Assembly: GCA_002104905.1 (NCBI GenBank) | Contig: MCFE01000002.1 | Coordinates: 186,001 to 250,000, forward strand | DNA: 64,000 nucleotides | Source: Basidiobolus meristosporus CBS 931.73 | Taxonomy: Eukaryota > Fungi > Basidiobolomycota | Direction of reading: 5' to 3' | Shown here: in pieces, positions 22,845 through 36,327 of the stretch | Layout: every line of letters starts with the position of its first letter | Numbering within the stretch: position 1 is the stretch's first letter | Notes under the pieces: generated by a model | What the model was told of the DNA's origin: nothing | The model's input: only the letters and a program-made list of their open reading frames with translations | The model's database searches: none | Translations under genes and position numbers: made by a program

Positions 22845-23670
22845 GATACATATTTTACAACAGCTTTCATTTGGTGCTTTACTGTGTATAAATATGACGT
22901 TTATGCTTTTACATGATTTAGGCAAAAGATGTCAATCAATAATCATAATTGGTAGAAGTCCCCGAGATCCTTCTGCTCTCAAGCCTGACCAACCATAACA
23001 TATTTTGCGCATGCGGTTCTGTATAAGTTGACTGGTATTTATATGACTTTGTAGATCAATGGGTGGAAACAATACCTCGATTTATTTGCTAGGCTTGGTA
23101 CTGCAGTGGGCTAGTGAAGAAGTTAAAAGGTTGGGTACCGAGTCAAGTTATAAGAAGTCTACATGCACAGAATGCCTATGAATAATCACTTGAAATCGTA
23201 CTTGCACCTGGACTTTTAAACGGATTTTTTAATGGTCGGCTGCATATGCGGTCCAAAGGAAATGATCCGGTGAAATTCAAAACAACCCCGCGACGTTATT
23301 GAGCCACGGTCCTGATTGGCCACCGCGGTTTGTTATGCTAACGCATGATTAAATTAGGAGCATTTAATCAATATGGTAACGCAAGTAACATTGCGACTCC
23401 AATGAGCATGAGCAGGAATAAGGGGTGAGGTCGAGAAGCACTGCCAAAAGAAGTGGATCCATGGATTACGCAGAACCATAGTCACATATCCTATTGAATC
23501 GGCCATTTTTGGGGGGCCTCTGTAAAGGCCGGGCGGTTGAGAAGAAGGGAGGGCACTGGATTTGGAAAATTCCCACTAAATGCACATATTACTATTAAGG
23601 TTTTAACGAACTCCATTGACTCCTATTTGCTATAATATTCCCCACGGCTTTGACTTGAAAGTAAGCAGAG

Positions 23671-26600
23671 ATGACGGACAAGTTATATACTTCTAGTCCA
23701 TTCTCACCTACTATTCCTGGCTCTCCATCCACCCCGGCCACCCCCTCAGGCCCACATCAGCTAGGTAGTAGGGTGATTGTTCAAAATAAGCCGGGTGTCA
23801 TCAGATTCATCGGAAACACTGCCTTTGCCAAAGGGAAGTGGATTGGTGTTGAGTTGGATGAGCCACTCGGTAAGAACGACGGTATCGTAGGGGGAAAGGT
23901 TTACTTTAAATGTCGACCGAAGCATGGTATGTTCGTAAGAGCTTCTCAACTGAAGTCTCTGAACGGGACTCCGGCTCGCCGACTTTTTTCTGACTCCGCC
24001 ACTCCTGAAACCTCTCGTACACCCGCCTCCCCCTCTACAAACCCTCGCCTTGCACGGTCACTTACACACAACGGACAGTCCAGTGCACAGGGAACCCCCA
24101 GCAGACTCCCTCACCCTTCGAAAATGGGCACCACTCCAACCCCGTCAAGGTCCATGTCTCAGAGGTCGGCCAGCGGTAGTGGAAGATTTACCACACCTCG
24201 ACCGCGTCGTAATATCCCCAGTTTCGATGCAAGCTCAGAATCTGCTGCCTCGACGATAGAAGGCTCCACTCTATCGCATGCTCCCGAAGAGACAGTAACG
24301 GAGGATGAACAGTCTTCTGAGCCCACTGTAGACGACGAACATAACAGTACCGAGAGCGACGAAACACCACCGACACCCACACATGAGCGAACCGGTAAGC
24401 CCGGCCAGGTTGTGCCAATCAAGGACTACGAGGAGCTTCGACTGAAATTGAAAGTGTTGGAAAACAAGCGACTGGAGGATAGAGAGAAATGGAAGGGGTT
24501 TGAAAAAGTACGCAACGAGGCGGAACAATTCATGACCATCCGGTCCAAGCTGGTTGTCAAGCTGAGCGAGTTGCAGCAGGAGCTGAGAGAAAATAGAAAG
24601 GCGTTGAAGCAGGCATTACTGGACCGAGAGAATTTTGAAAACAAGTACACGGATGCGTCCGAATCCTTAGAGTTGATGACTTTGGACAAGGAAATGGCGG
24701 AGGAAAAGGTTGAAAACCTCACGCAAGAGGTGGCTCTTTTAAAGGAAAGAATCGAGGAAATCACCATTGAGCTGGATGTATTCAAAAAGGCTGGAGAAGC
24801 AGATTTTGAGGGGGAGCAGCGATCCGAGATCGAGATAGTGCAGATTGAGCGGCAAAATGAGCGTTTAAAGGAAGCACTGGTTCGGCTTAGAGATGTTACT
24901 GTTGAGCAAGAAACAGAGCTTAATCGGAAGATCAAAGCCCTGGAGAAGGAGGTGTATTCGCTACAAGATCTTGAGCATACGACGAAGAAACTTCGGGAGC
25001 AATTGGAGCAGTCGGAGAATCAGGTTGAGGATTTGAAACTTCGCCTGGACGATGCCATCGGCTCTGAAGATATCATTGAACAACTGTCAGAAAAGAACCT
25101 AGCTCTCAATGAAAAGATCGAGGAGATGGCCCTTGTCATCGAAGACTTGGAGGCTCTGAAAGAACTCAACGACGAGCTGGAGGAAAACCATTGCGAAACT
25201 GAAAAGCAGCTCTTGGTCGAGATTGACATCAAGGATACTCATATCCGTGAATTGAAAAAGAGCTTCGAATCGACTGAGGAGACCATTGGAGATTACGAAA
25301 ATACAATTAACCAGTTCAGACAGCTGGTGAACAATCTACAAGGCGACTTGGAACAGTTGAAGCAAAAGGAGGCTGTACAAACAACCGAGTCTAAAGACTT
25401 GAATGTTCACTCGCAAGCCATGCTGAATTTGAATCTACAGCTTCAATCGACAGCAATGAAAGCCCAAGCGAAGCAGATCGATTTGGATTTGAGGAAACTC
25501 GAGGCTGACCAAGCTACCGAACTGCTCTCGTACATCAAATCGTACATGCCCGAATCGTTCTTCATCAACGAGTACGACTCTCTGAGATGTCTTTTCTTGA
25601 TGAAGAGGCTCTCGTTCAAAACCGAGCTCATCAACAAACACATAAGTCAGAATCATCATGTTATCGAGGGGCTTCCCAACGAAACGTCGGAGGAGCTGAT
25701 GTCCGTTTGTGAGATGCGTGAAAGACTTGCCTGGTTCTCGGATTTGGCTGCTAGGTTTGTAGTGCACATGAACAACTGTAGCCCCAAGGAATTCATCAAG
25801 CTCGGGCCTATCTACCACGAGCTTGTAGGGGCCGAGAGAAGACTCAACAACTTCACGGATCTATTGAAGAAGGAGGAGCTCAACGAATCCCAATGCCTTG
25901 CCGACCTCCACCGCGCAGTCTCTCAGTTGGAGCATCTCTCCGAAAGCCATTTATCCAGCCCCAGCGCGTTCAACTCGGAAATGTTCCACTCCCTGGTTCG
26001 CTCAGTAGAGTACAGTACCGACCATGTTATCTCTATACTCAGCCACATCGAAACCTTCTTCCAGTCCCCAGAGTTCTATGACGATTTTGGCGGATTTGAT
26101 AGTGTGAACAAGGAAACCGTTCAGGAAGAACTCCTGGAGCCCCTCTCCAACCTGGTTCACAAAACGAAAACCGTCAAGGTGGTGTCCAAGAAACTTCTAC
26201 GGTACTTTGACGGTTTGACCGAGCAATCGTTGAGCCTGAAGCCGGAGCTCATTGAGCAGTACAGAAAATTGTGGCGGGATACCCGTCTTCTGGTACAATT
26301 CTCTAGCGAGGCTTGGAAGAGAATGTACGCCTACGCATTGGACAAAAAGGACTCGAAAACCCTCACTCAGCTTTCATCGCTGCAACAGATCCTATTCAAA
26401 ACGACCGAGGAAGTGCTCAAGATCGGGGAGGTCACCCCTTGGCACTCAGCAAACAAAATGGTCGAAGGGATCTCACAGGAGCTAAATAGGTACTTCGATA
26501 TGGTTCATGATAACGCCAATCTTCACAAAGGTATAGTAGCTATTGTTGGGTTGCTGGTGATGATCCTGACTAACATTCTGTTTAGTTGAAGCCACCCCCG

Positions 26601-27785
26601 CTCCTTGGGTTAAAAGATCCCAAGTGTTCAAGTCCGAGATCGTACTAAGCTCAGAAATGGACCGCAAGGTTGCTGCCCTTAACGAGGAGATAGTCTCGCT
26701 TATCAGAGAAGGCAAAATCAAGGTTTGTCACCCCCCGGGCACGATGGAAGCCGGACGGGCAATCACTAATCGAGTCAACAGGATCAATCTTTGGAAGAAA
26801 CCGCAGTGAAAATCGAACTCTTGGAGAGACGCATGAGTCAAGTAAAGCAACATGTACGAAGAGCCGTTTGATTTGATGTTACCTGGGCCGAATCGCTAAC
26901 CCATTTATTCCCAGCTTGATCGTATCGGGGAACTCGAGAAAGAGCTGTCAAGAGCGAAAGAGCATGAGAAGATCTACGAGGAGGCGATAGAAAGTTTACA
27001 GAACGAACTCGACGCGACAAACCAAAGCTATGAACGTGCCATGGAGACACGCAAACAAGGTAAGCAGGGTCATCGTGGCTCTCGCAGAATCATACTAACC
27101 AGTTGCACTCGGTAGATCCCACGCTACTAGAGAATGCTCCCGAGTTGACCTCGGAGACGACATCGCATCCCCGCACGATTGTCGAGCACCTATCACAATC
27201 CCACCACAACTACTCCCAACAGGTACGTATGAATCCGCGGACGCACCCGTACGCCCAGACATAACCAACATTCGGATTTAGATGGAGTCCTTGAAAGAGG
27301 CCCTCCGGTACCTGCGCTCCGAAAACGCTTATCTGAAGAGTCAGAAGGCGCTGGACAACCTCGGTCTTGGCTTACACTCCAGAATGGCCGTGACGAGCCC
27401 CATACTGAACGGGAAAACCAAGACCGATGAGAAGCTCAAATCCATCACGGTACAAACCAAGAAACTGATGAAGGTAAAGTGACCCGATACCCCCCGCACC
27501 CTGACCCTGACCACAGCCCTCACCCTTGCCCACCTCACGAACCTGTAGGAGGTTCACACGGTCTGCTCCACCGCCAGGGTGATCGACATCAGCGGCACCA
27601 AACCGGTAAAGAAGTGGACCTCGACCAAGTCCGCCCCCCAGTACCGACACCAGATCCAGAAATCGGTCCTCCACACGCTCCACCATCGCAGCGACGAGCT
27701 CAAGGAGCAGCTGAAGAGGCTCCATGTGAACCAGTTCCATGGCCAGACGAACCACCACCCCCACACCATGGTTTATGCACGATGA
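23671..27785 (+). CDS. DCTN1: Dynactin p150Glued subunit (spliced)
   Basis: CAP-Gly domain (GKWIGVELDEPLGKNDG), long coiled coil, dynactin domain. 2.86-kb first exon, first intron 26531-26585 (GT..CTAAC..AG), four more short introns, stop at 27783-27785. Confidence 0.95.
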
Positions 27786-28387
27786 GCCATCACCACCACC
27801 ACCACCACCCCCGCACCGCAAAATCCACCCATCCTCTCGGCGATAATTTAATCTATTTGTTATATGTATAAACATATCGTATGAAATAAACCCGCACTCG
27901 GGCCGCGATTGGCCAGCCAGCATCCGCCCTACCTGCAACGCTACACACCCATGCATTTCATCAGTGCCGTGTAACGTGGGACATTCCCACAGGGGAGCCC
28001 CGGGAACTCAGCCGACCGGAGATCAAACACCGACACAAACAAGAAACTCTCACCAGCAACCGAATCTGGAGCATCAGGGTCCTTTTATTATTACCATTCT
28101 TTACGGCAACTCTATTCGTTATCACAGTATATACATACAAAGTCGGTCATTAGGTGGAGATGGTTACCAAGACTTGCGATACTAATTGATATAGATGGGG
28201 GGGAGATGCGAAGGGAAGTGAAGTGAGATGCTTGCGAAGGTGGGCTAGACCTCCCCGAATCTATAAAAAATATATATATGGTGGGTGGAGATTGGTGACA
28301 CGAGCGGGAGATAATACACAGAAGCTTATTCCCAATCTCTCTATCTACGGATCAACCGTATGGGCCCAACGCCCGATGCACTCTGCC

Positions 28388-29269
28388 TCAAATGGCGACG
28401 GAAGTGGCGGTTTGAGCGAGGGTGAGGACGTGGGTGTGCTCGATGTGGTACTTCAGTCCGTTGAGGTTCTTGTAACTCTTGCCACAATCGGGATACGAGC
28501 ACTTGTACGGTTTGATGGTAGGCTTGGTCCCATCGGAGTTCGAGCAATGACCGTGGAGTTTGTGATACTTCAGTCCGTTGGCGTTCTTGTAGGACTTCTC
28601 GCATCCGGGGACCGGACACTTGTAGGGCTTCTCAACGGGAGCCTTCTCGGCAGCGGGCTGCTCGAGCTGAAGAATGCCGGTGCTGGACTGAAGGAGATCA
28701 TCCACTCCGGTGACGAAATCGGGAGAGTAGACGGAAGGGATACCGGTGAACAGCTCCTCCTCAGTGTAGCTCTGGGTAAGGGTGCCGGCGAGATCGAAGT
28801 TGAAGGGAGCGATTCTCTTGGGGGAGGAAGCAAGGGGCTCGGGAGCGGAGCGCTTCTTGGAGGCCTGGGTATCCCTCAGAATGGCGTCATCGAAGGCCGA
28901 TGTGAAGGGGTTGTTCTGGAGAGCCAACTCTTCAGAGTAGATATCGGACAGGGCAATGATATCGTGGTGAAGAGCATTGGCGGAGATGTGATCGAGGACA
29001 GGGGAGGAGGGAGAGGTGTTGCTACAATCACTGGAGCCCGACCAGTTCTCGTCATAGCAGATGTTTTGAGTGTGATCGTCGTTTTCGAATCTGACATGGC
29101 ACTCCTCGAAGTGTTGGAGGAGGTCGTGGAGATCCTCGAGAATCAAACCACAGCATGAAAAATCCCGACAGAAGGAACCTTCAAGATCGCGGGACTGAAG
29201 GAAATCCTCTTCGACAGACACCGGGGCCTCGCAATTTGGAAACTGGAAATCAAATCTAAGGGAGCTCAT
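28388..29269 (-). CDS. SFP1: Sfp1-like C2H2 zinc-finger transcription factor
   Basis: FCRDFSCCGLILEDLHDLLQHFEECH; KPYKCPVPGCEKSYKNANGLKYHKLHGH; second KPYKC...NGLKYH. Confidence 0.9.
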   Translation of the reverse strand: MSSLRFDFQFPNCEAPVSVEEDFLQSRDLEGSFCRDFSCCGLILEDLHDLLQHFEECHVRFENDDHTQNICYDENWSGSSDCSNTSPSSPVLDHISANALHHDIIALSDIYSEELALQNNPFTSAFDDAILRDTQASKKRSAPEPLASSPKRIAPFNFDLAGTLTQSYTEEELFTGIPSVYSPDFVTGVDDLLQSSTGILQLEQPAAEKAPVEKPYKCPVPGCEKSYKNANGLKYHKLHGHCSNSDGTKPTIKPYKCSYPDCGKSYKNLNGLKYHIEHTHVLTLAQTATSVAI

Positions 29270-30873
29270 TAGAAGAGGAACCTTGACACACTCGGGGTGC
29301 GGGCTGACTTACTCGAAATTGGGATCCGCGTGCTCGACTTTGTGAGCCTTGTGGATGGTCTGGGAGGTCTGAGTGGAGTAATCGATTGGAGCGGGCATGA
29401 TGCTGAGATGAGAAATTCAACGACACTGAATCAAGCTCAGATATCTCACACCACGCACCCGCATTCGGTATTTATAGCGTTCTCCCTCGCCACTGACCGA
29501 ACTTAATTGGCCACGAGGGGGCCATCGGGGATTGGTAACTTCTTTCGAAGCGGTCCCCAACCAAGGGCAAGGTGGTAGAATTAGGAATAAAAAGTCCAAC
29601 GAATCACCAACGATGCTCCAATATGGGAAATCGCAATATGCTGATAAAAGTATATTTGTCATGAAGATAGTCCTTCGGGCTATGATCCAGATATCATGAT
29701 AGAGATCCCAACTCAGGTCGATAAGAAAATTCGATGCAGACGCAATGTTGAATGGACCCTTCTAGTGTCACGTCAAGGCCCCCTCGATCTCACCTGCGAG
29801 CTACCGTCCATCGGTGAGTGCTGCTTGGCTCTCTACGCATCCTCGTGGACTCGACTGGTCAATGGCCGCATTTCCGCGCGGGCGAGGAAGGTTCTGCTAG
29901 TCATTGCAAGGGCTGCTGCCTGACCTCGGGCCTTAGTACTGATTGGCCACATCCCCTTCCTATATATGTCATTGCTGGCAACAAGACTTATCAGACCCAA
30001 TCAAGTAAAGCGAGCAAATCAGGAATACCTGTTGCAAACACATTGCGCAAGTCCATTAGCAGTTAGTAGGCCTTTCCAATCATCTTGCGTAATTCCCGTT
30101 TCAACTCGACATGCCTCACTGTTGAATACCTACCAGCAATACTGTTACGAATGCTCTGAATGTGTCCGGATTTGGGGTGTAGCTGGTACGACTACGAGTG
30201 GGCAGCATCCTGGCCGCTGATTGGGCAGCATGGGAGCTGAGCGATGGAGCTCTTGAAAGAGGAAATGGCGTATCCGGGTAACGTTTCATGCATCGTTAGG
30301 CTTGGAGCATGCGATATACGCCGTGAGGACGAGGAGAGCCTTCGTGTGGTCGCTCCGCACCTAAAGTCGCGATTCCCTGGCAATCCCAACTTCACCAAGC
30401 CTGCGGTGAATTATGGATTTCCATTATACATAATGGTAATCAGTTCTGACCAATGACCTTGATACGTGTAATGCTTTTAAAGTAATAGATTAATATGGGT
30501 GATAAGTGCGATCCCATTGGGCCCCGTGCCACGATGACAAATATACGCATTGGTGAGTGGCATGAGTTTCCCAGATCAAATGCCATCGATTCTAGCCAAG
30601 GATAGAGCCATGTTATGCGCTCAGCCAGGTGTCATCGATGTGACTGGTAGCCATTCCAAGACAATCGAGTTAAACACCATGATTATTTTAGTTGGGATTT
30701 CACAAGACTTGTTTGCTACTCCTAACGCACTCCAAATCTCCACCTTCATCGAAGAGTGCACATACGTACGTCACTTTGTGTGATACGCGTCATCATGTAC
30801 CGTACTTCCACAGTATATAAGGTCTGAGCAATTTCGACGGGATTGGTACTTTACAAGCCAAGCCACATTTGCC

Positions 30874-31368
30874 ATGTCTAATCCTCGCGTGTACTTCGAC
30901 CTCTCTGCTGACGGACAGCCACTCGGTAGGGTTACCATGGAACTTCGCCATGATGTGGTTCCCAAGACCGCAGAAAACTTCCGTGCCCTTTGCACAGGCG
31001 AGAAAGGGTATGGTTACGCTGGTAGCACTTTCCATAGAGTGATCCCGGAATTCATGTGCCAAGGTGGGGATTTCACTCGTCACAACGGCACTGGTGGCAA
31101 ATCCATCTACGGTGAGAAGTTCGCTGATGAGAATTTCACCTTGAAGCACACTGGCCCTGGCATCTTGTCCATGGCCAATGCCGGTCCCAACACTAACGGC
31201 TCCCAGTTCTTCATCTGTACCGAAAAGACTAGCTGGTTGGATGGCAAACACGTTGTCTTTGGCTCAGTGGTTGAGGGAATGGATGTCATCAGACAGGTCG
31301 AGAAGTTCGGCTCTTCAACTGGCAAAACATCCAAAAAGATTACTGTCGATGCCAGTGGACAACTCTAA
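30874..31368 (+). CDS. CPR1: Cyclophilin A peptidyl-prolyl isomerase
   Basis: 164 aa, intronless; [58 protein letters not shown]. Confidence 0.98.
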   Translation: MSNPRVYFDLSADGQPLGRVTMELRHDVVPKTAENFRALCTGEKGYGYAGSTFHRVIPEFMCQGGDFTRHNGTGGKSIYGEKFADENFTLKHTGPGILSMANAGPNTNGSQFFICTEKTSWLDGKHVVFGSVVEGMDVIRQVEKFGSSTGKTSKKITVDASGQL

Positions 31369-31502
31369 TTTTACTTTTGTACACCTGAAGCGATAAATAA
31401 ACGAATTTATTGGTATCTTAGTTACGAAGCTGAGGCGTGTGGTACCTATTAGAATTATACTTGTGGGTGGTATTAGTGGTGGTAAGCCTATTAAACGGAC
31501 GC

Positions 31503-33181
31503 TTACAATTTGTATTGGATATTAAAAAACTGCTCTAACTGCTCCTTGGGTATATTTAGGAAGTAACTGGTCAAATCAGATGATTCGGAGTTGTTCGTTC
31601 TACGCAGTGGCATTGCTCGGACTCCCTCAACACCGATGGCGGTCGTATAGCATTCGAAGCCAGCGTCAACTAGGTTCTTTTCCACCGCCTCAATAACGGA
31701 TTTCGGCACATCTATACATTACTTTAGTGTTGCTCTTTGGGACCATAGTTTCACATGATAAACCATACCATCTCGAAGAAGAGTTAGGGCACAACCCCCT
31801 CCACCAGCTCCAGTTAGTTTGGAGTGTAACCCTTTAGCAGCAGTGATTTCTCGAACGAGCTCCAGGGAGGGGTGGCTGACCCCTGTAGCCCCAATCAGTT
31901 GATGATTAAGGTCAATCAATTCCTAAAACGAAAGAGTCAGAACCGTGAACATATCTTATCTACGCAACTTCGTAATTGGGCACCTCTATGGAGCGTAGGA
32001 TCTCATCGTTTGAGGCTGAAAAAGAACCATCTTAATGATACGCTAGGGAGACACCAAAGGCAAATGAAAGATACCTGAGCTGGCAAAGATTTCTTGACAA
32101 CTCTTACTGATGCCATGGATCGCGTCCATCAAATGGTCCACAACCATCGGATACTAGCATCGCCAGACCACGGGTAAGTAACCAGGTTTTGCTCTCTGCT
32201 ATTAATCACTAACCTGGTCCCGTAAGCTGCGCACATTCGCGACAAGTGTCCGAGTATTACGTGGAACCTTAGTGTTTGTAAGGAGGAATCTGAGTGACTT
32301 GAATCTAAATCGAAACACACCATGTTAGGGGCAGTTCCCCGATTACTATGGTAAATGTTGGCTAACTAACTCATGCAGTGTTTCGAATTGACCTTTGGTA
32401 TACATTTGAGCGCCGCCTAATCAACAAACGGTGAGTGGGTTTCACCGCAAAGTGGAAGGTACCCGCTGTTTACCATATGTGCTGACGGTATTATCGATTC
32501 CGGATGGGTTTCCGTGAATGACTTTCTCGGCCTGGAAAGCCCATTCGTTGATCTTGCCAGTAGTCTCCGGGTCTAATTTGGGGTTTCCACCCAGAAAAGA
32601 TATATGACCGTTCACTTGTAGCAAGCAGGTTGCTATGCAAACACTATACGAGGCTGAAGAACCGAGCCCAGCACTGACGGGAAGTGTTGACCTCACACAC
32701 AAAAGAAGCCCAGCGCTAAACTACCATTAGCTGGATTCAGAAAGCGAAAAGCAATAGGTCAAAACGTACGTCGAGTCTCTAGCCACCAAGCAGACATACA
32801 GATAGAAAAAGGCCAGAATGGCAGCTTTCTGTGAATCGGTGTATTCAGAGGCAAGAGAGTCCAACACCGACAACACCTCGCTCATCTCTGCTTTTCTTTC
32901 AACCAACTCTAGGGTGGAATTGTGAATATGTGATGGGGCCGATAGCGAGTATTGAGCTTACCGAAGGCCTCAGCGGGGATGTCCTTTACGTTCCATTCGG
33001 AGTTGACGTTCATTTCAGGAAGACATAAGGTGATCTTGTCATCAGTTGTCTTCTTTGCAACCAGGTAGCATCCGAGGCCTACACTAGCCGCGATGGCGGT
33101 TTTGCCGTATACAACAGCGTGCTCACCGAACAAAATAACCTTTCCAGGCGCGGAAATGACAATTTCTTCTGTACTGCTCAT
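31503..33181 (-). CDS. ERG12: Mevalonate kinase (spliced)
   Basis: [49 protein letters not shown] across short GT-AG introns. Confidence 0.95.
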
Positions 33182-33653
33182 TGACTATGAAACCAAAAAA
33201 AATGCTAGCTGAGAAGCCGTAGAAACCCTTGTGCTGGAAACTTAAGCTTATATTCGAATATCTGCTAATATCCAATACCCCTATGAAATGTGATCCTATT
33301 ATGAACCCACTTGAGAAAATTGGATTTGGTCGCCAATCTTCCTATGATACAGTTGATTATCTTCTATAAAGTAGGCGACCGTAGGCAAAAAATCACTTCA
33401 AGAAAAATCAGCGTAATCTACTTAAATAATCGAGAACAGGCATAAATTCACGTATAATTCACTCGTAGGCCGGAAACTTCCTGGAAGGTGGTGAGCAAAT
33501 ATAGAAGTTTTTCGAGAATCAAATTATCCAGTAAAAAATTGATCTTTTTCAGCAAAGTAGTGAAGCGTAAACATCTCTTCAAAGTTGGGAACTTTAGATT
33601 TTACTACCCTTTAGACGGATTTTTCTAAAGTAGATACAGTCGTCTTTACAACA

Positions 33654-34676
33654 ATGCAGGCCATCCGTGCTATTACTAGATTGTCCACCAAGTCCACCTT
33701 GGCCAGACCTGGCGCCCAAGTTATGCTTGTTCGAGGTTTCCGTTCCTCCCTCTTCAACAGAGAGAGCGAACCTATGGCTCCTGCCCAGGTTAAAAAAGAC
33801 TGGAGCAAACCAGAAGACAAATTGGAAATCAACATTTCTCCTGAGGAGTTTAGAAAAGGTGGGCCTTTTCCTTCGCTGGTCTTTTCGCTTCACCATTTAC
33901 TGATACCGTTCTTCCGGGGTAGCCAACGTTCGCGGAACACCCTCAAACATATTGGCCATCAAGAACCTTCCACTCTACACCACCCAAGCTGATATCATGA
34001 ACTTCATCACTAGTGTACAACATGTCGACGCAGAGTCGGTCAAGACTAGTAAGCCAACTTCGTCCTGCGTTGACCCCTGATATGTAGTTAATCATCCAAT
34101 ATTCTAGTGATATTCTATCGCTCCAGTGCTGGAGTTCTTAACGGAACCTGCTTTGTAGAGTTCGCCAAAGGATCCGATGCTCAAGTAGTGGCCATGGCAA
34201 ACAAGAAGCGCATGCTGGACGGGAGAAACATCACGGTGGAGTTCGTACGTATCGTTGCTACTTGCAATTCCCGCATATTGCCGAGCACTAACCACTGCTC
34301 TACCCTTTAGACCGATAAATTACCATACAGATCCCGCTTCATCGGATCCGCTTCCGGCCGTGCTGTTGTGTTCTCCGGCCTACCTGTCCTTTTCCCAGTC
34401 CCTGAAGTCAAGGAGCTTCTCCGTGGATTCAAAATCGCCGTGGACTCCACTGAGCGCCCTATCGAGAGTGTCCCGTAAGTCTATTCAGGCCATCCACCCC
34501 TTCTTTCCTCCGACTAACCGAGCATCTGCAGTGTGCCTAGAAACGGCTTGAGCGGGATGATCTTTGTCAAAATGATCAACGAGGCCGAAGCCCATCGTGT
34601 AGTTCGTAAATTCCACAACACCTCATTCAAGTACAACAACACCAACTACACCATCAAGGCACAAGTCGCCTACTAG
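33654..34676 (+). CDS. Putative mitochondrial RNA-binding protein with two RRM-like domains (spliced)
   Basis: R/S/L-rich, acid-free N-terminus (MQAIRAITRLSTK...); LAIKNLPLYTTQADIMNF, GTCFVEF, VVFSGLP, GMIFVKM...EAEAHRVVRKFH; four introns spliced in frame by hand. Confidence 0.75.
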
Positions 34677-34948
34677 TCGACTGGATATTTCAAGCCAACT
34701 TCTCATACAACCATGCATCCACATACAAAACTTTCTTTCATTGGTATTCTCGTTCAATAAAATCCCCGCGCGATTTTGGTTCCATGTTTGTGCAACAGAT
34801 CTCCATACTCCACAAAGCATTTTATTGTACATAAGATTTGCTTCGATGCCCAGGGTCTGGGCCGAGATAGAGGCGTTCGTCATGAGCTGAGATAAAAAAT
34901 AATAACTAGATCTACATTGGGGATTTTAAGGTCATGGTGATGAGAACT

Positions 34949-36045
34949 CTAATAAGGCAGGAAACGACGTGCGGTTTTGAGATGCTGGATCTTCTTCTTG
35001 TCTTCTTCGAACTTCTTACGGAGCTCCACCAGTTCTAAAATCAACGTTAGTAACCACACATGCAGGTGAACGCGATAACGGAATACGTACTGTCTCTCTT
35101 GGCTTCACGCATCTGGAATCTATAGAAGTCGACCAACTCTTTCTTCTTGGGTTTGAGGTTCTGAGCCTCCTCAGCCTTGATGGCGGTGACCGAAATTTTA
35201 CCGTCAGTGTTGTTGTTTCTACGACCCTTTCTGGTGACAGTAATGAACCCATCCTCATCGGGAACATTGTAAAGGGCTGCCTCGGCCTTCGCGGCTTCTT
35301 GCTGGGCTTCGTTGAACTTCTTCATGAAGTTGTCAATCCGGGTCTGAAGAGTCTCAGGATCCAGGCGATTCCGCTGATACAGATGTTCGTATTCTGACGA
35401 ATCAAAGGCAATGTCAATAAAAATTCACAAGCGTGGAGTTGAGGTGGAGAAAAGAGAATTACTTTCAAGTCCGACCAGATGCTTTTCTGCAGCGGGGGTC
35501 TCGGGCAAGCCCCAGACTCGCTTTTTCTTGGTCATATTCATAGCCTTGGTTAGTCCCAACTCTTCCAAAAATATGACATGTGCGAAAGAACCAGTAGGCA
35601 ATAGGGTGCAGTTGGGTTCGACCTCAGCTGGCTCCTCCTTGTCGCTCTTTTTTCCCTTCTTGCCGGAGGAAGCCTCGGAAGTATCATTCATTTGGAGCTC
35701 TAGAATTTTCTCCTCCATCTGACGTTCGGTCATGTTGAATGATACTCTCTCGATTTTTCCTACGTGGCGAAACAGATGTTTGATGTGATTCTCTGTGGTG
35801 TCGGCAGGCAAATTTAAAAGGAAGAGAGTTCTGTCCTCGGGTGTTAAGGGATTTTCCTGGCGAACGTTGTGCTTCTTGAAGTAGAAGTAATGCGTGACTG
35901 AAGAACTAACACTACTAGCAGGCATCTCTACAGGTAATATACTAAAGCCGGAAATCTGTTCTAAAGGAAGTGCCTCCTCCTTGGCTTTCTTGACTGACTC
36001 CTTTCCAGCCTTCTTGACTTTTTTCGATTTCACTTCCGCTGGCAT
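34949..36045 (-). CDS. RRP7: Ribosomal RNA-processing protein 7 (spliced)
   Basis: RTLFLLNLP, PDEDGFITVTR, KELVDFYRFQMRE, ELRKKFEEDK...RRFLPY; start codon assumed at 36045. Confidence 0.92.
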
Positions 36046-36327
36046 CTTCAGTAACGTCTCAAGGGTCGGGAACTCGCAGAAATCCGACCACTGGGCGAAT
36101 TTCTCATACACTTGTAATGGAGAAAAAAAAAACAAAAAAAAACGGAATCCAACTCATAATACTGACAATGTAGAGCGAGTTAAGAACTGATTCAGCGATT
36201 TGATTAATTTAATTATATGCCATTCTCTTTTAAGCACAGACTTGGTCAGTCTGAGAAATTAGACTCATATACATTTATGGTAAACACGATTAAATACAAG
36301 CAGCAAAGCAAAGGCTTTGACTGGCAA

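Noticed and set aside
28223-29158. 311-aa plus-strand ORF, and similar long antisense ORFs (9166-9909, 37496-38023, 44893-45426, 46095-46574)
   Set aside because: Shadow frames opposite well-supported genes with biased codon use.
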